Shown piece after piece: positions 49,366-63,666 of a stretch of DNA of 64,000 nt. The stretch's first letter is position 1, and every line of letters starts with the position of its first letter. The position numbers were made by a program, and so were the translations under genes. Source of the DNA: Ruditapes philippinarum (Eukaryota). Location of the stretch: positions 186,001 to 250,000 of the forward strand of contig NW_026859790.1 of NCBI RefSeq assembly GCF_026571515.1. Direction: 5' to 3'. Under the pieces are notes generated by a model. It made no database searches, was not told the DNA's origin, and saw only the letters and a program-made list of their open reading frames with translations.

Positions 49366-50490
49366 TCCAATGCGATATTTATAAATGTGTGAAGCGCGTA
49401 TTTTAATTAAACGTAAATAATGATAATTGTGATATATGACTCTCACAATACATCAACTTTTTCATAACTACCAAACTAAAAAAGATTTATTGTATACATG
49501 TACATTAGCCTAATATTCAAGTATACATGTACCTTACTTTAATTTATTTCTGCAAAGATTGCCGATCAACAAATAATCGACGTTTCTTCGCAAATTTATT
49601 GCATTCAAGGAAAATATTCATGAATATTTCTAGTTGATATCAGTTAGACCATTAAAGCTCTGTTTTATGTCGCATTTCTCCCATTTCAAATTCGTTTTTT
49701 TTTCTCCAAGTTCGCTCATACCCACAGACGAAATTTACATGGATGTCCTGAAAAATCAGGTAAATATATTTCTCAAGGAAGATGATAACAATATAAAGAT
49801 AAGCCACGTAAGTTACCAGTGTAGGTCACAGACCGATAAGAGAGTAGATTTTGTTCTTTAACTAGACCTACAAGAAACCTAACAGTATACAGCAATGTTT
49901 GTAAGTAGCTTTTAATTTAACCAATTTAATGTTATTCAGTTTAATTTCAACACTGCAGCAAATGTTTAACAACGAATTTATTGAAAAGTACGCAAAACTA
50001 GTGATAGCTGGTCAACATAGAAGCTAAATCTAGCAAAATTTGTGTGATAGCATTTGTACTTTTAAGGCGACAATGATTTACAGATAAGATCTATATTAAG
50101 CCATCCCTTAGTTATTTAAGATGTTTAAAAGAATGCGCACTTTTAAAGGGACTCCCCAGGCCATTGAGGTTTTTTGACATGGCACGACTAGATTTTTTTC
50201 AGATCATTCCCTCATCCCGTTTTTGAATTTTCCAGAACTATATTTCTATTGTGCATTTAGACCCCAAAATGAAATGCGTTGTAACGCTTTTAACTCGAAT
50301 CAGGCAGAGAATCGCACATAAAATTCGATTTTCAATTTAATTCCAAGTATAATTCTTTATTATTTTTCGCAGATTTTTTTCATTTAAGTGTTTCAATCAT
50401 CTGTGTAAGAATTTCAAATTTTGTTTTGAATGCTTTTTGACGTCAGTGGAGACATTTTTGCAAGACACATTTCATATTTCGATTTAAGCT

Positions 50491-51319
50491 ATGAAATTTT
50501 TCCAGGTTTCCGGGGTTTTAATTTGCTTGCTAGTATCAGGCACATTAGGTGTACACGTACCAGCTGTAGCAAAGCAACAGCACAGCTATATCAGTGAGGT
50601 TTCGAGCGTGAGTGGCAAAGTAGGTGATGATGATAAATGCTCGTTGTGCATAGAGTTTGCCGGCCAGGCCATTAATGGTCTCCTTCAAATGGTACTACGT
50701 AAGTACAATGTACATATCATTCATGGATATCACTCAGTACCTGCATTCCTTACATATAATGCACTTCATTGACAGAACAGTGAAAGTTGATACACTATAT
50801 TTCACTATGTTCCAACATCTAAGTTGTTGTAATTTTACAGATGAATAAAATTTTCTTTGATGATTAAAAACCAATCCACTTGTATTCTGTCGTCATGGGC
50901 AGCCAATTAGACTTTGGGACGTGAACAAAATGTCATAGGCTCAATGACAGGTACGATGATACGATGAGAAGATTTTTGTAATGGTTATATTAACCAGTAA
51001 AGTTTAAAATGAAAGTATAACATTTTCAGAGGTTGGTGTTGTTGACACGTGCGGAGACCTTTGTCAAATCTTGGCTGACAAGAGCGGAAGTCAAGCTCTT
51101 GGTGCTGTTTGCTCAATTCTCTGTGACATAGTAGGAATAAAGGAATTCATCAATATCATAAACAAGTAAAATATTCTATACCTAAAACACGCCAGTTAAA
51201 GGGAGATAACTTGAAGTTGTTATTTTATGTTTAATAATGGATATAAAGAACAGACAACCTATTTCGTTTATCCATCATGACTTTTTAGGAACATCATTAT
51301 ATTGATACCTGTATAAAGA

Positions 51320-51399
<80 letters not shown>

Positions 51400-53492
51400 G
51401 TACTATGATATGATATGTACTATATAAATTAGTCGACATAGGAATTATTGAAATATTTTGTTATTTTAAGGGAAGATTTGGATCCGATATATTACTGTGA
51501 ACTGATCCCTGCTTGTCCAGTCAATGATAACGGGGATGCAAAGTTCACCACATTCGAAATAGATCCGAAATCTGGACCACAAGGTTTGTATTATCAATTC
51601 CACAATTCCAGTATATAGTCTTACCATGTATTACATTTAGTATGTTTTACTTATATAAAGTGGTCTCTATTATCTTCTGTACAAAAAAAATAGTACTATT
51701 AAAGAAAATGTTGAACATTTTGTAGACAAAAATGATTAGAAGTTAAAGAATATACATACCTGTAATTATGTAATATTAATATGTCTATTACTTAAATTAT
51801 CCTTATTTGACAATGTAAAAAATCAAGACAACAAAAATTTCACTAGTTCCGACTTTAATACGTCTTAATCAGAAATGAAAATCAATAGCATACAAAAATT
51901 TTAAGACGTAAAGTCCGTTTCTAAGGCTTATCATTTCCAATTGACATTACAAATTTTTTTATGAACCTTCGTTTATTGTCTAGGTATTTTCGACATCTCG
52001 TTTGAGTATGATTCTAAGAACGGTACAGGAACCGGACAGATCCTGCTGGAAGTTCTAACTGTTGATAAGATACCTATTGGTTAGTTTTCCGTTTATGTAT
52101 GATATGATATGGCTTAAGAATCTGCTGATATGTTCCCATCATTTAGCTCTTTTTGTCTTTATTGTACAGTTATTAGTCTGGAAATCAAATTACATTATAA
52201 CTATATGATATTACATGTATGTATTCAGATGTTGATATAATAAATATAAATCTTAGGAGTTTCATGTAAAAGAAACCTCTTAATTTGGAAATATCTAAAT
52301 AACGATTACCACAAAGAAAATGGAATATCACATTTAAAAAAAAAATCTTAATTTTGCATTCACTTTATCATTTTTTTAATCTTTTCAAATCGAACGTTTA
52401 TATCAAATGTAATAATGTCCAGTCCTGTTTGAAATTCAGAAATGCCCATTGATAAATTACATAATTTTACCATTGGTAAAGAACAATAGCTAACAATGTA
52501 AAGTCAAATAAGACAATATGGACTGGCAAGCTGGGATGGGGGTCTTCACTGCTGGTATAGGCTAATTATTATTCGACTTTTGCATTGAGTGAAGTAACTG
52601 TTGTTTATACATGTAGCCCAGGCTTTCCTTCACGAGCTGGCACCAGCTGGAACATACGACGGAACGTTTAAACTACAGGCCCAACCTGATCCAAACTGTG
52701 ACCCCACAGCTGGACCATGCGAACAGTGGTTACCTGGAGATTATACAGTGAAAATCGGTATAGTTTTCTAACTTGATATTCTTTAAGTCTAATGTAACAA
52801 TAGATATAGTAAACCAAACACTAGGTATAACATACCAATGATCAGAAACAAAGGCTAAAGCGAATAGTATCAAAAGGTTGATGAGCGAAGTTAAATTGAT
52901 ATATTTTAGTCTAATGTAACAATAGATATTGCAAACCAAGCAATAGACATAACATACCAACAGCAAGAAACAAGGCTCATAGTATCAACTGCTGGTTGAC
53001 TTGAAATGTTCTTTTATAGACAAATCACTGCTCTATGGTGATAGTTTGTTTAAATTTGTTCAACTGTGATAATTTTCAATATACATGTATACGGGTAGAA
53101 GCAATATTAGTAGTAGTGTGTGTTTGTTTCATATAACGCCTTTTCCCAACAGTATTTCAGTCATATAGGCGGGTAGTTTCCTAACCATCGTTCCTGGAGA
53201 GTTACACCAGTACTAGACTACCTTCCTCCGTGCTAAACTACCAAGCATCTACCGGAGATCGGACCCACGCCCGAGAGGCAGCTGGATTAGAAGTCATCGA
53301 CTCTAACCCCTCGACCACGTAGGCGGTCTCATAAGTAGTAGCTGATGTGTAGTTTAATCAAATATATCAGTCATTAGACTTCCGCAAATATTTTCAGCAC
53401 TTTGTAATGGTGAGTGCGGCAGCAAGCACCCTCACAGCGCCATTTATGACGAAACTTCCGCCACCTTCACTATCACAGACAATTCATCATAA
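50491..53492 (+). CDS. Countin-like secreted/lysosomal protein A (signal peptide, saposin-B-like domain, C-terminal beta-rich domain), 262 aa
   Basis: Exons 50491-50698, 51030-51165, 51471-51583, 51984-52079, 52617-52757, 53398-53492 are in phase. Motifs: CSLC, CGDLC, CSILCDIVGIKEFI, DLDPIYYCE, NGTGTG, CNGECGSKHPHS. AATAAA at 53531. Confidence 0.88.
51319..51398. repeat. (TAAA)n microsatellite
   Basis: About 20 perfect units. Confidence 0.97.
53120..53328 (-). mobile_element. tRNA-derived SINE, internally deleted
   Basis: Minus strand ccgcctacgtggtcgaggggttagagtcgatgacttctaatcc head; tail atatgactgaaatactgttgggaaaaggcgttat. Confidence 0.65.
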
Positions 53493-54076
53493 CTCTGTAG
53501 TTATGTAAATTGATAAAAAAGATACTTTCAAATAAAGATTCAAGTTTTACGTGGTATTCTTTTCTCTTTAATTCAGTCTGGGATCACCTTGTCCGATTTA
53601 CTGAATTAGCAAAGATGATTGGTAATGATACGGCCTTATTTTGATTCGTTTTCCTTTCTTGAAATACATACTCTGCTATAGAAGCTAAATGTAAATATCT
53701 CATGTAGTTATTTAGTAAGAATTAGTTCTTACGAAATGTGGAAGAGCATTTTTCACATTAATTAATGAAAAAAAAATCATATTTATTTTGTGATCATCAC
53801 CAATGGGCACGTACACATACTTTCTAGAAACATCGGAAATATGATGTGCCTACGTGTATTTTGGTAATTATGCTAAATGAATCAACGAAAATAGTATGTT
53901 TGTGTTCTATTTAATGAGAAACATTACTTATCAGTGTGACCCAACTTTAAGACAACATATTGTAGTAGTACATGACTACAATCTTAACAAGGTACAAGAT
54001 AAGAAACTTAGGGCAACTTAAAAAGGAAACACCGCTCAATACGGTCAGTTATAACGTTAGCAGAGATACGAACAAA

Positions 54077-57000
54077 ATGAAGGTAATCTTTTATACTTAC
54101 ATTCTTCCTCTAGTTCTTCTTCCACTCTTTATTAAATATTTTAATATGGTATGACATTTCCAAACATTCCATGTCATTAAAGAATCTTATGTTTTAATAT
54201 TGCAAATAGAAAAATAAAAAAAATATAAAAGAAGAAAAAGATTAAAATAGAACTAAAACGATAATGTTTTGGAATGCAATTAATTAGATGATGCTATTTA
54301 CAAATGAATAACCTAATTATGGTATAAGAGTTTCTGATCACAGAATGAAAATAATTTACGACTTAGGATCATCCATTCAGAGCGTTTATACATAAAATAA
54401 TAATGAAATATTTCCATTTTTTTAAATTTGTCAGTACAACCGTTTATTAAAAATCCTCATTAAAATATTTTACATTAAGTGTGTAGTTATGATTTCTTTT
54501 GAAGTATTACTGTTCGGTTATGGAAGCTTTGCGAATTTTATTAACTTTCTAATAGTGATGAAGGACATAATATTCTATAATAATTGCAGGGATTTTTGGT
54601 GATCACCGCCTCGGTAATATTGTTAGCTCACCCATTGGTTGGGTTGAAATTACCATCTTTAAAGGCGGATTTGAAGTTCGTAACAAAAGACATTTATAAG
54701 CCAATAGTTCAAGGGGAGAAAGTTGGGTTTGACAAATGTAAAACTTGCATCGACTTCGCAGGCCAAGCTTTAAACCAGCTCCTTAACATCAATTTTTAAA
54801 CGTAAGGGTGGGTTTAAATCCTAAGGATTATGTTATAAAGATTGCCAACCTTAACGCATTACGTTTTTTGTCTAGGGTAATGTGAAAAATTTGGGAATAA
54901 CTATAAACTGTTTTTTAAAAATTTAATTTTTATTCAAAGATTAGAATCTTTTTTGGTGGGAAAATTTAATATTTCTATTTAATTTTAAATTAAACCCAAC
55001 CCAGAAATGTTAAATATTGAAACTCTTAATCATTATAAATTAGCAATGTTTTAATATAAATACTTTAAATATTTATTATAATATAGAGGGCGGTGTTGTG
55101 GGTGGCTGTGCTGATCTTTGTGGTGCTCTCGCCTCAAAAACGTCGCCAGCGGTCGGAGAAGTTTGTAATTTACTGTGTGACATTGTCGGCATTGAAGAAT
55201 TCATCAAAATTATACAAAAGTACGTATTTTGTTATGTCTCCTGTGTTTTTAAATTTTATATCATTTGAAAATTAAATATATCTCAGAACTGACAGCTAGA
55301 ATATCAAAATTAAATGTAGACCTTTTCTTCGTTTTTAGCTATAAACGTTACCCAGAAAGTTATATACATTTAGCATGATAATAACTATTTGTTTGCTATT
55401 TATAATTTACGGTAACATGTGAAAAGGATAATGAAATAAAAAGAATTGACTTTGTTTATGAGATAATGGCAAATGCAAAGTTGTCCAAGCACCATAGGGT
55501 ACCGGTTGAAGCGCAATTCAATCCTCAAATCTAACGTATTGGAATTGCAGTGCCAATCATTTTTTATTGCTGATCATTATTTGATTGCTTTGTAGAGCTG
55601 ACCTTGACCCTATCTACTATTGTGAGTTAATTCCAGTCTGCCCAATAAATGACAATGGTGATGCATCATTCACCTCGTTCACATGTACACCAAAATCTGG
55701 ACCACAAGGTACAGTATCCATTATGTTAGTCTAAATCCGAACAATTTTCCCTATACTGTACTTTCAAACGCAGAGCTATACTAAATTGTGAATAGGTCAG
55801 TTAAATACCATCCGAGTTAAATACTGCTTTATATTACATTTAACATTTAAATTTATATATAAATATATAAAATTGGGTAACATGTTGGACATAATAAGTT
55901 GAACAACCAATTCTATACATTTCATAAAACTATTTACACTTAATTAATTGCATAATCCTAATAACTTCACGTACAAACGGAAATGATCATGTATTTGAAC
56001 TATTTACAACATCTGTCTTAAATAGATTATTATTATATTTGTTAGGTACATTTTCCATTGATTTTGCCTACACATCAAAGAATGGAACAGGTACAGGAGA
56101 AATTTCTCTAGAAGTTGTCACAGTCGATGGTGTCCCACTTGGTAAGACTATAGTTGAAATATTTTTCTGACATATCAAAATGTTTATAAGCTTTTAACCT
56201 TTACCAGAAAAATATGTGTTATTTATTAGTCTAGAGGTACATTTCGAATGGATTTATTGCATTTCAAAATGAAATTATTAAATTTAAGAAGCTATCAATT
56301 TATACATACATTTACAATCTGAGCAGGCCCTACTTGTTCCAGATCATAATTAAGAGGAATTCCAGGTTGCCACAGGTATTTGTACTATAAAATATGTTTT
56401 ATTATATAGGTCAAAGTTTCTACCATGCTCTAGCACAAGCTGGGGATTATACTGGCCAGTTCCAGCTGAATGCTAAACCAGATCCAAATTGTGATCCATC
56501 CCAAGGTCCATGTGAAGAATGGCTACCAGGAGACTACACTGTTAAAATGGGTAAATACAATATATCAATTGGAAGAATAATTTTACATTACTGTATTATC
56601 AAGGTTCTTACATCAGACAAATAAGATCCTGTCTCTTTAAATATAGTTTCACAGTAGGTTTCTTTACACATGTCATTGTAGAAACAAGACTACATTTCAT
56701 TAGGAAGACTTATTTTGAAAACAATGATTATCATTTACAAAGAATTTTGACACAATCATTAACTGTAAAACAAATGTTTGTTGACTTACTTAATAGCATA
56801 ACACCCATGACTTTATCAATATACATACTATATACTTAAATGACAGACTATTCATATCATCATCATTCTGAACAGTTAACAATTATCTACTACACAAACT
56901 TTTCTAGGGGTTAAACCCCTCTTTTTCAAGGAGTTTCTGTTTATTTTCATAAATCACATATTTACACTACGTTAACGTTATATCATATCTTAAAATATTT

Positions 57001-57105
57001 TGTATTGTTTTATCTTCAGCCATATGTAATGGTGAATGTGGCAGCAAACATCCACACAGCGCCATCTACGACGAGGATACAACAACTTTCACAATCACTC
57101 AGTAA
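54077..57105 (+). CDS. Countin-like protein B (tandem paralog); as assembled it has a stop/frameshift at the end of exon 2
   Basis: Proposed exons 54077-54082 (ATG AAG|gt, tentative), 54590-54801, 55087-55219, 55596-55708, 56046-56141, 56410-56550, 57020-57105. Internal exon sizes 113/96/141 are identical to paralog A. TAA at 54797-54799. Confidence 0.8.
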
Positions 57106-58296
57106 AAACACCAGTGTGTTAATGTGATAGACTAGTATTATGTAAAGTTACACACAAGATAATTATGTTTAGATGTGTAGAAAATAAATGAATTTTGATA
57201 CATTCTGTGTTAGATTTATGAATTATCATAGAAAGTACCGGTAATGACAGAGTGCTGATGTTTAATCTAACATGATTTAAATAAAATACATCTTTGTGTC
57301 TAAAATAATACAAAGTGTGCCATCCGAGGTCTAACTTCACCAGTAAAGCCGTATAGTAGCCATGTCAGTCATGACTTAAAGCATGAAGTCAAATTTTTCT
57401 ACATTAAGGCGCTGAGATTCAGAGTAATGTATGTATTACAAGTAATTGAAATAAACTGAGAGTTAATATTTATGTACCAATCAACTCCAATGAGTAAGAA
57501 CTATTAATGTCTACCATATAAAACTGATTCTTTCTTTCAACAATACTAGCTTTCAAACGCTTGCAAAAAATAGAAGTATGTGCAGTTTACCATTGAAAAA
57601 TAACGACATAACATCTATTTATACATAATTGGTTATTTAATTGGTCATATTCTCACAATTAATACACATCATTAGATAAAATAATCAACACTGGTTCTCC
57701 TTACACAAAAACATACCACATTTTACTGTTGTAATTTCCCATGGAACAGAACAGTTTTGATATTTATAACTTTTTTAATACAGCAGTTTCTTACTGTACA
57801 CAAAAGCAATTATACTTCTAACAATACATGTATACCTGAATAAACTCCTTCATATAAAAATATTACAAGTTTGTCATATCTTTACCTTCCATGTGCACAT
57901 TTAAATAACCATCTAGTTTTTATATCTTTTTATTTCTCATTTCTGGCAAAGTATTGGATTGTTTCAGCCATAAATTGTTTTGCTATGTAACCAGACTTTT
58001 AGGGACCTTTATTCACAAACTTCGCCCATTTATAACTTGCCACCATCATAACCACTGCCAAGAAAGTTGAAGATAAAACAGCATTCGAGATTTGGCCCCC
58101 TTCTATCATGAAAAAATTATGGGGGTGAACTAATAAAGGATGGGAGAAATCTGGCAATTGATATTTGAACACTGTCAATTGCCATGGAAGGCGGACCTCC
58201 CCATCCTGGGCAATTGACAATGTAGTAAACCTCCCTCTTCTCTTTCCTCCCAAAATTGTTTAATTGGAAACCAAAATTATGGTCAGCATAACACAC

Positions 58297-61200
58297 TCAT
58301 CTTTTTTTATTTACCATGGCTAAAATAAGTTCAAGTTTTGTTGCTAAATTTCTTCCCTCTATTTGGTCCATATCTATTTCTTTAAAAGTTCCACTTAGAT
58401 TCAGCCATTTTGGGTCAATGAGTGCAGCCATACTGGGGTCAAGGTTATCTTTATCATCTATTTTTAGAAACACATGTAGTCCTGTTGTTGGACCACTTCT
58501 TACTGACAGCATTCTGCAATGTAAACATTATTATAACATCTTATAACATTGACAGAGTGATATAATATGATTAATCAATTACATATCAGCTAAGCTTTTA
58601 TTGATGCTTTTGAAAAATGGATTACACAGAGTTCATGGCTGAAAGGACAAGATATTAACATAGAATGTTTGATATTCTATTATAAAATGTGGGTAAAGGG
58701 TATAACTGTTTTGTTAATTCTAAAAATAAAGTAAATTTATGAAAACTAGAACTATCACTAAATGTGATTAATACCCCCACAAGTCTGCTTCGGAAATGAG
58801 GATGTTACTAGTAACAGAATACCTTGTAAAAGAATTGAAACATACAGTTATGGTTGTGGGCAATTAAAGATAATTGTTGCATTTCCTTTCAATGTGGTTG
58901 GCCATTGATGAAGTTTAATTGAATTACTCTGTAATAAGTCCAGAGAGACTTCCCCTCATTGTGCTTGACCATTGTATGAAGTTGTTTTGAATTCCAACCA
59001 GTAGTTTTAAAGTCATGCTCTGGACAAGGCAAAGTAACAAAGGGCAATAACACTATAAATACTGAAGATAAAGTTATAGTTCTTATGCACTGCACTTCCT
59101 CTTATTGTGCTTGACCATTGTATGAAGTTGTTTTGAATTCCAACCAGTACGTTTTAAGTTATGCTCCGGACAAGGAAAGGTATCAAAGGGCAGTAACTCT
59201 GTATTTTGTCAAAATGGAGTAATGGCTCTTGTGCACTGCACTTCAGATGAATGTCCTTGACAACTGTATGAAGTTGTACTGAATTCCAAACAGTAGTTTT
59301 CAATTTATGCTCTGGACAAGATAAAGTAACAAAGGGCAATAACTCTGTAATTAGTCAAGATGGAGTTATGGTTCTTGTGCACTGCACTTCCCCTCATTGT
59401 GCTTGACCATTGTATGAAGTTGTTTTGAATTCCAACCAGTAGTTTTAAAGTCATGCTCTGGACAAGGCAAAGTAACAAAGGGCAGTTACTCTGTAATTAG
59501 TCAAGATGGAGTTATGGTTCTTATGCTCTGCACTTCCTCTCAATGTGCTTGACCATTGTATGAAGTTATAATGAATTCCAACAATTAGTCTTCAAGTTAT
59601 GGTCCGGACAAAAGAAAGCAATGGAAAAGTAACAAAGGGCAATAACTCTGTAATTACTTTAGACAGAGTTATGGTTCTTATGCACTGCACTTCCTCTCAA
59701 TGTGCTTGACCATTGTATGTAGTTATATTGAATTCCAACCATTAGTCTTCAAGTTATGCTCCGGACAAAAAAAGAAGGCAATTGAAAAGCAACAAAGGGC
59801 AATAACTCTGTAATTACCTTAGATAGAGTTATGGTTCTTGTGCACTGCACTTCCCCTTATTGTGTTTGACAATTGTATGAAGTTGTTTTGAATTCCAACC
59901 AGTAGTTTTCAAGTTATGCCACGGACAAGGAAAAGTAACAAAGGGCAATAACTCTGTAATTAGTCAAGATAGAGTTATGTTTCTTACGCACTGCACTTCC
60001 TCTCAATGTGCTTGACCATTGTATGTAGTTATATTGAATTCCAACCATTAGTCTTCAAGTTATGCTCCGGACAAAAAAAAGAAGGCAATTGAAAAGCAAC
60101 AAAGGGCAATAACTCTGTAATTACTTTAGATAGAGTTATGGTTCTTGTGCACTGCACTTCCCCTTATTGTGTTTGACAATTGTATGTAGTTGTTTTGAAT
60201 TCCAACCAGTAGTTTTCAAGTTATGCCCCGGACAAGGAAAAGTAACAAAGGGCAATAACTCTGTACTTAGTCAAGATAGAGTTATGGTTCTTGTGCACTG
60301 CACTTCCTCTCAATGTGCTTGACCATTGTATGTAGTTATATTGAATTCCAACCATTAGTCTTCAAGTTATGCTCCGGACAAGGAAAATGCAACGGACATC
60401 TGGACCGACCGACCGACCGCCCGACCAACCGACCGACCACCGGGTGACTCCTATATACCCCCCCAAACTTCGTTTTTGGGGGTATAATAAGATTAAAAGC
60501 TATTAATACAAAACACATATAGAAAGTTATACTTAGTCAAACATACATGAGTAACTTTAAAATAACTACATGTATATAATTAACAAATCATTCATATTAT
60601 TAGAAAAAGTTGACTTAAGAGATATGTAAGGTGGTAGACACCAACGTTTTTTATTCACGTATGAAAAAAGAAAATGATGAGCATGTTAAACTTATTAAAA
60701 CATGCTTGATATTTTGTAACTTCATAATTTACATTTGTTTCTTCCTTATTTTATGATTAACATCATTAAAACTTAATTGTGTTGATTTAAGTATCATTTT
60801 TCTTTAGTATTTTATGATTTCATTAAAATCTTTTATCACTGTTAGTGACAATAAAATATAACTTGTATTGTTGTAACTCACCTGTCATTGTTGGGAGCTA
60901 CAAGCTGTATAGATGAGGCTGTAGCAAAGTCTTCCATTTCTCCGACACCACTACAACCATTATAACTGAGTATTTGCCAACCCATCAGTCTAGCCAGATT
61001 CTGTGACAGCGAGATATGATGTTGTGATACCTATACGAAAACAATCAACTCATTTATATGTCACATATGAGCCTGCGTCATGACAAAACCAACATAATGC
61101 GTTTGCAACCAGCATGGATCCAGACCAGCTTCCGCATCCGCGCAGTCTGATCAGGATCCATGCTGTTCGCTTACAAGCCCTATTACAAGTAGAGAAACTG

Positions 61201-63666
61201 ATAGCGAACAGCATGGATCCTGATCAGACTGCGCGGATACGCAGGCTGGTCTGGATCCATGCTGGTCGCAAACACACTATGTTGGTTTTGTCCTGACGTG
61301 GCTCATTCCATTTAAATACATGTATCACATTTAATTCAATACAAGTGATTACCATCCTGGTCAGAAATAGTATCTAGCCATATATTATGTTGTATGATCA
61401 ATAATAGCACCTCATATTCCAAATATATATCATATAAAAATACAGTAAACAAAACCTTACATCATCCTTCAATGAAACATAGATTGTGTAATTCAACAAG
61501 TACATTAAAATAAATTATTTCTTTAATCATGATTTGCTTAACACCATAAAATTATTTATATATATATCTTTACTACACCTAAAAATAAAGGTAAATATTT
61601 AGATATAAGGCCAGTAAAGACATGTTAACTTACCTGCCATCTAATGAGATCTTCAACCTCTTTCTCCTGAAATGTTAGAGACAGTGTTCTTCTGTCCTTA
61701 GTTACCACCTTGATACCTTCTGTTCCTATTTCAAGGTCAAATGACTGCCATGTTAACCTGTCATTGTATGACATAAATTCATATAATTTCTCTTAAAATT
61801 CGTACACTACATGTTATTTCATTCATGTAACATAAAATATTAAACTAACAATTCCTACAATATCAATGTCCAGCTTAACTTTCAAAAACTTGACCATCAA
61901 AACTGAAAGTAGTCTTCCTCTAAATATTTATATAACAAGAGGTGTCCATTTTAGCAACATTCTTCAATTTTCTCAGAGATTGACATTAAAACAAGTGTAG
62001 GTAATTTCACAAAGAGGGATAACATGATAAATATCAGTGCTAAAATTGATGGATATAAGCCAGTGAAATCATGAAACTGAAGATGTGTGAAGTTTCAAAT
62101 GAATACAATCAAATGTTAACACAATATGAACAAGCAAAACTGTGATCAAGTGCTTCAAAAATGTCAAAATGGGAAGAGTTGCCCTACTTTCCTTTGAAAA
62201 GTCTAGGTTAACTCAGTCATATATATTGTAATAAAGAGTATTTACCTCAAGCCTTCATACCCATTTGATGTAATGATGATTTTAACATTAGATTGTAGAG
62301 GACTGTTGAGACAACTCCAGTGAGCCATGATCTGTGGATCTGCTATATTTGTCGCCAGTCTATCTATTGTTGCCATAGTTCTATAAAAACAATTATATCA
62401 TATAGTCATTAATCTATGCGTACAGTAAGTCTACTTGTACCATAAATTTAAACTAATAACACTTTTGCCCTTGTTATTTTGCTGCAAGTTTTATAGGGTA
62501 TATATATTTATGAAACAGTACTTTTTATAGAGTATAATTATATACACCTAAAGTCAAATTAATGCTGCCTACCTGGTGACACAAGTATAATACAATACAC
62601 ATATCTTAGTTTTATCAGTACACCTTTTGCAGTTGATATGTATTAAGATGCCATAGATGTGTAAATCATATATGTTTCAGAAAGTTTGTATGTTATTCAA
62701 AAAGTGATACAACTATGTTACCTTGCTCTTAACACTTCATGTCTTGCCTGTTTTATAATTTGTTCTAGAAGAGTTTCACTGAAAAATAAAATCAGCATTT
62801 CTATAACAGTCATTATACAATGTGTAAAAACTTGAATAAGAGAATTCTGAATTTAAACAAATTAATACAAAGCTCAGTTGCATATTAAAGTGACATTATG
62901 CTCATATTTTCATTGTCAAGTTGAGCTGAATTGACTTTATATTTCAAAAGATTGACTGTTTAAATGATGTTCGACTAACAGATTATATTGGAAAATGTTT
63001 GGAATAAAATTAAGAATCTGCCTAAAATATAAAAAGACTGCCCCACTCTTTTTATAAATTGAACATTACAGGTAAATTCTTAATGATATTTACTGAAATT
63101 TCGTTTGAATCCGGTGGTTATTGTTTATGCTAAGTAAATCATTAAAGCAAAAGGAATTATGGCAAAATGAAAATTTATTTTGACTCTCACCTGTTCACTC
63201 ACTATATACCTTTAGATGGGCATAATGTCACTTTAACATACTTATACCAATTAATAAATGCTGTACATTATCCATTACATTTGACAATTGTACAATTAGT
63301 AAAGCTAAATTTTATCAATTAAGTTCATTAAACATTTCTAGATTCACTACTATATTAATGTTCATGTGGTTAACTTGTAGCTTAAATGGTGCTTGAATGT
63401 TCAATGCAATTCTTCCTTATACCGATTACATATGATAACAAGTCTAATACAATCAGGCTGTTTTACCTGTCCGCCATTTCTTTAAGTTCTGAGCGAGACA
63501 TTGCCGATGGTCCAGCCAGGCGCCGTCTCTTACTCATACCAAAGCTTGCTGTAACAGGTTGTGGGGGATCTAGATGTAGTGTTTTATGATGTACCTCTCG
63601 TAATAATTGGTGTAATGAATGCTCTAATACATGATTATGTTCAACTTTACTAGGCTGGGCAGGAGA
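58297..63666 (-). CDS. MED17: Mediator of RNA polymerase II transcription subunit 17, last 6 coding exons (5' part outside the window)
   Basis: Exons 63666-63467, 62778-62722, 62380-62246, 61757-61634, 61030-60882, 58513-58297. Motifs [64 protein letters not shown] match my recollection of the MED17 C-terminal half. Confidence 0.93.
58744..60489 (-). mobile_element. HINE/Helentron-like element with ~10 internal 146/160-bp tandem repeats in the last MED17 intron
   Basis: aactag plus hairpin plus atacccc at the left end; (accg)n microsatellite and atacccc...ggggtat hairpin at the right end; same architecture as 20728-21725 but a different core repeat. Confidence 0.87.
61067..61306. mobile_element. 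Palindromic MITE, copy 4
   Basis: Near-identical to 36587-36825; ends 36 nt from a MED17 splice acceptor. Confidence 0.9.

Noticed and set aside
49895-49906. ATG TTT|gtaagt as a coding micro-exon for countin-like A
   Set aside because: Splicing to the acceptor at 50372 meets a stop within five codons. The ATG at 50491 already begins a good signal peptide, so this is at most a 5' UTR exon with a uORF.
52774-52980. ~122-bp diverged tandem duplication in a countin A intron
   Set aside because: An old local duplication with no coding or structural signal.
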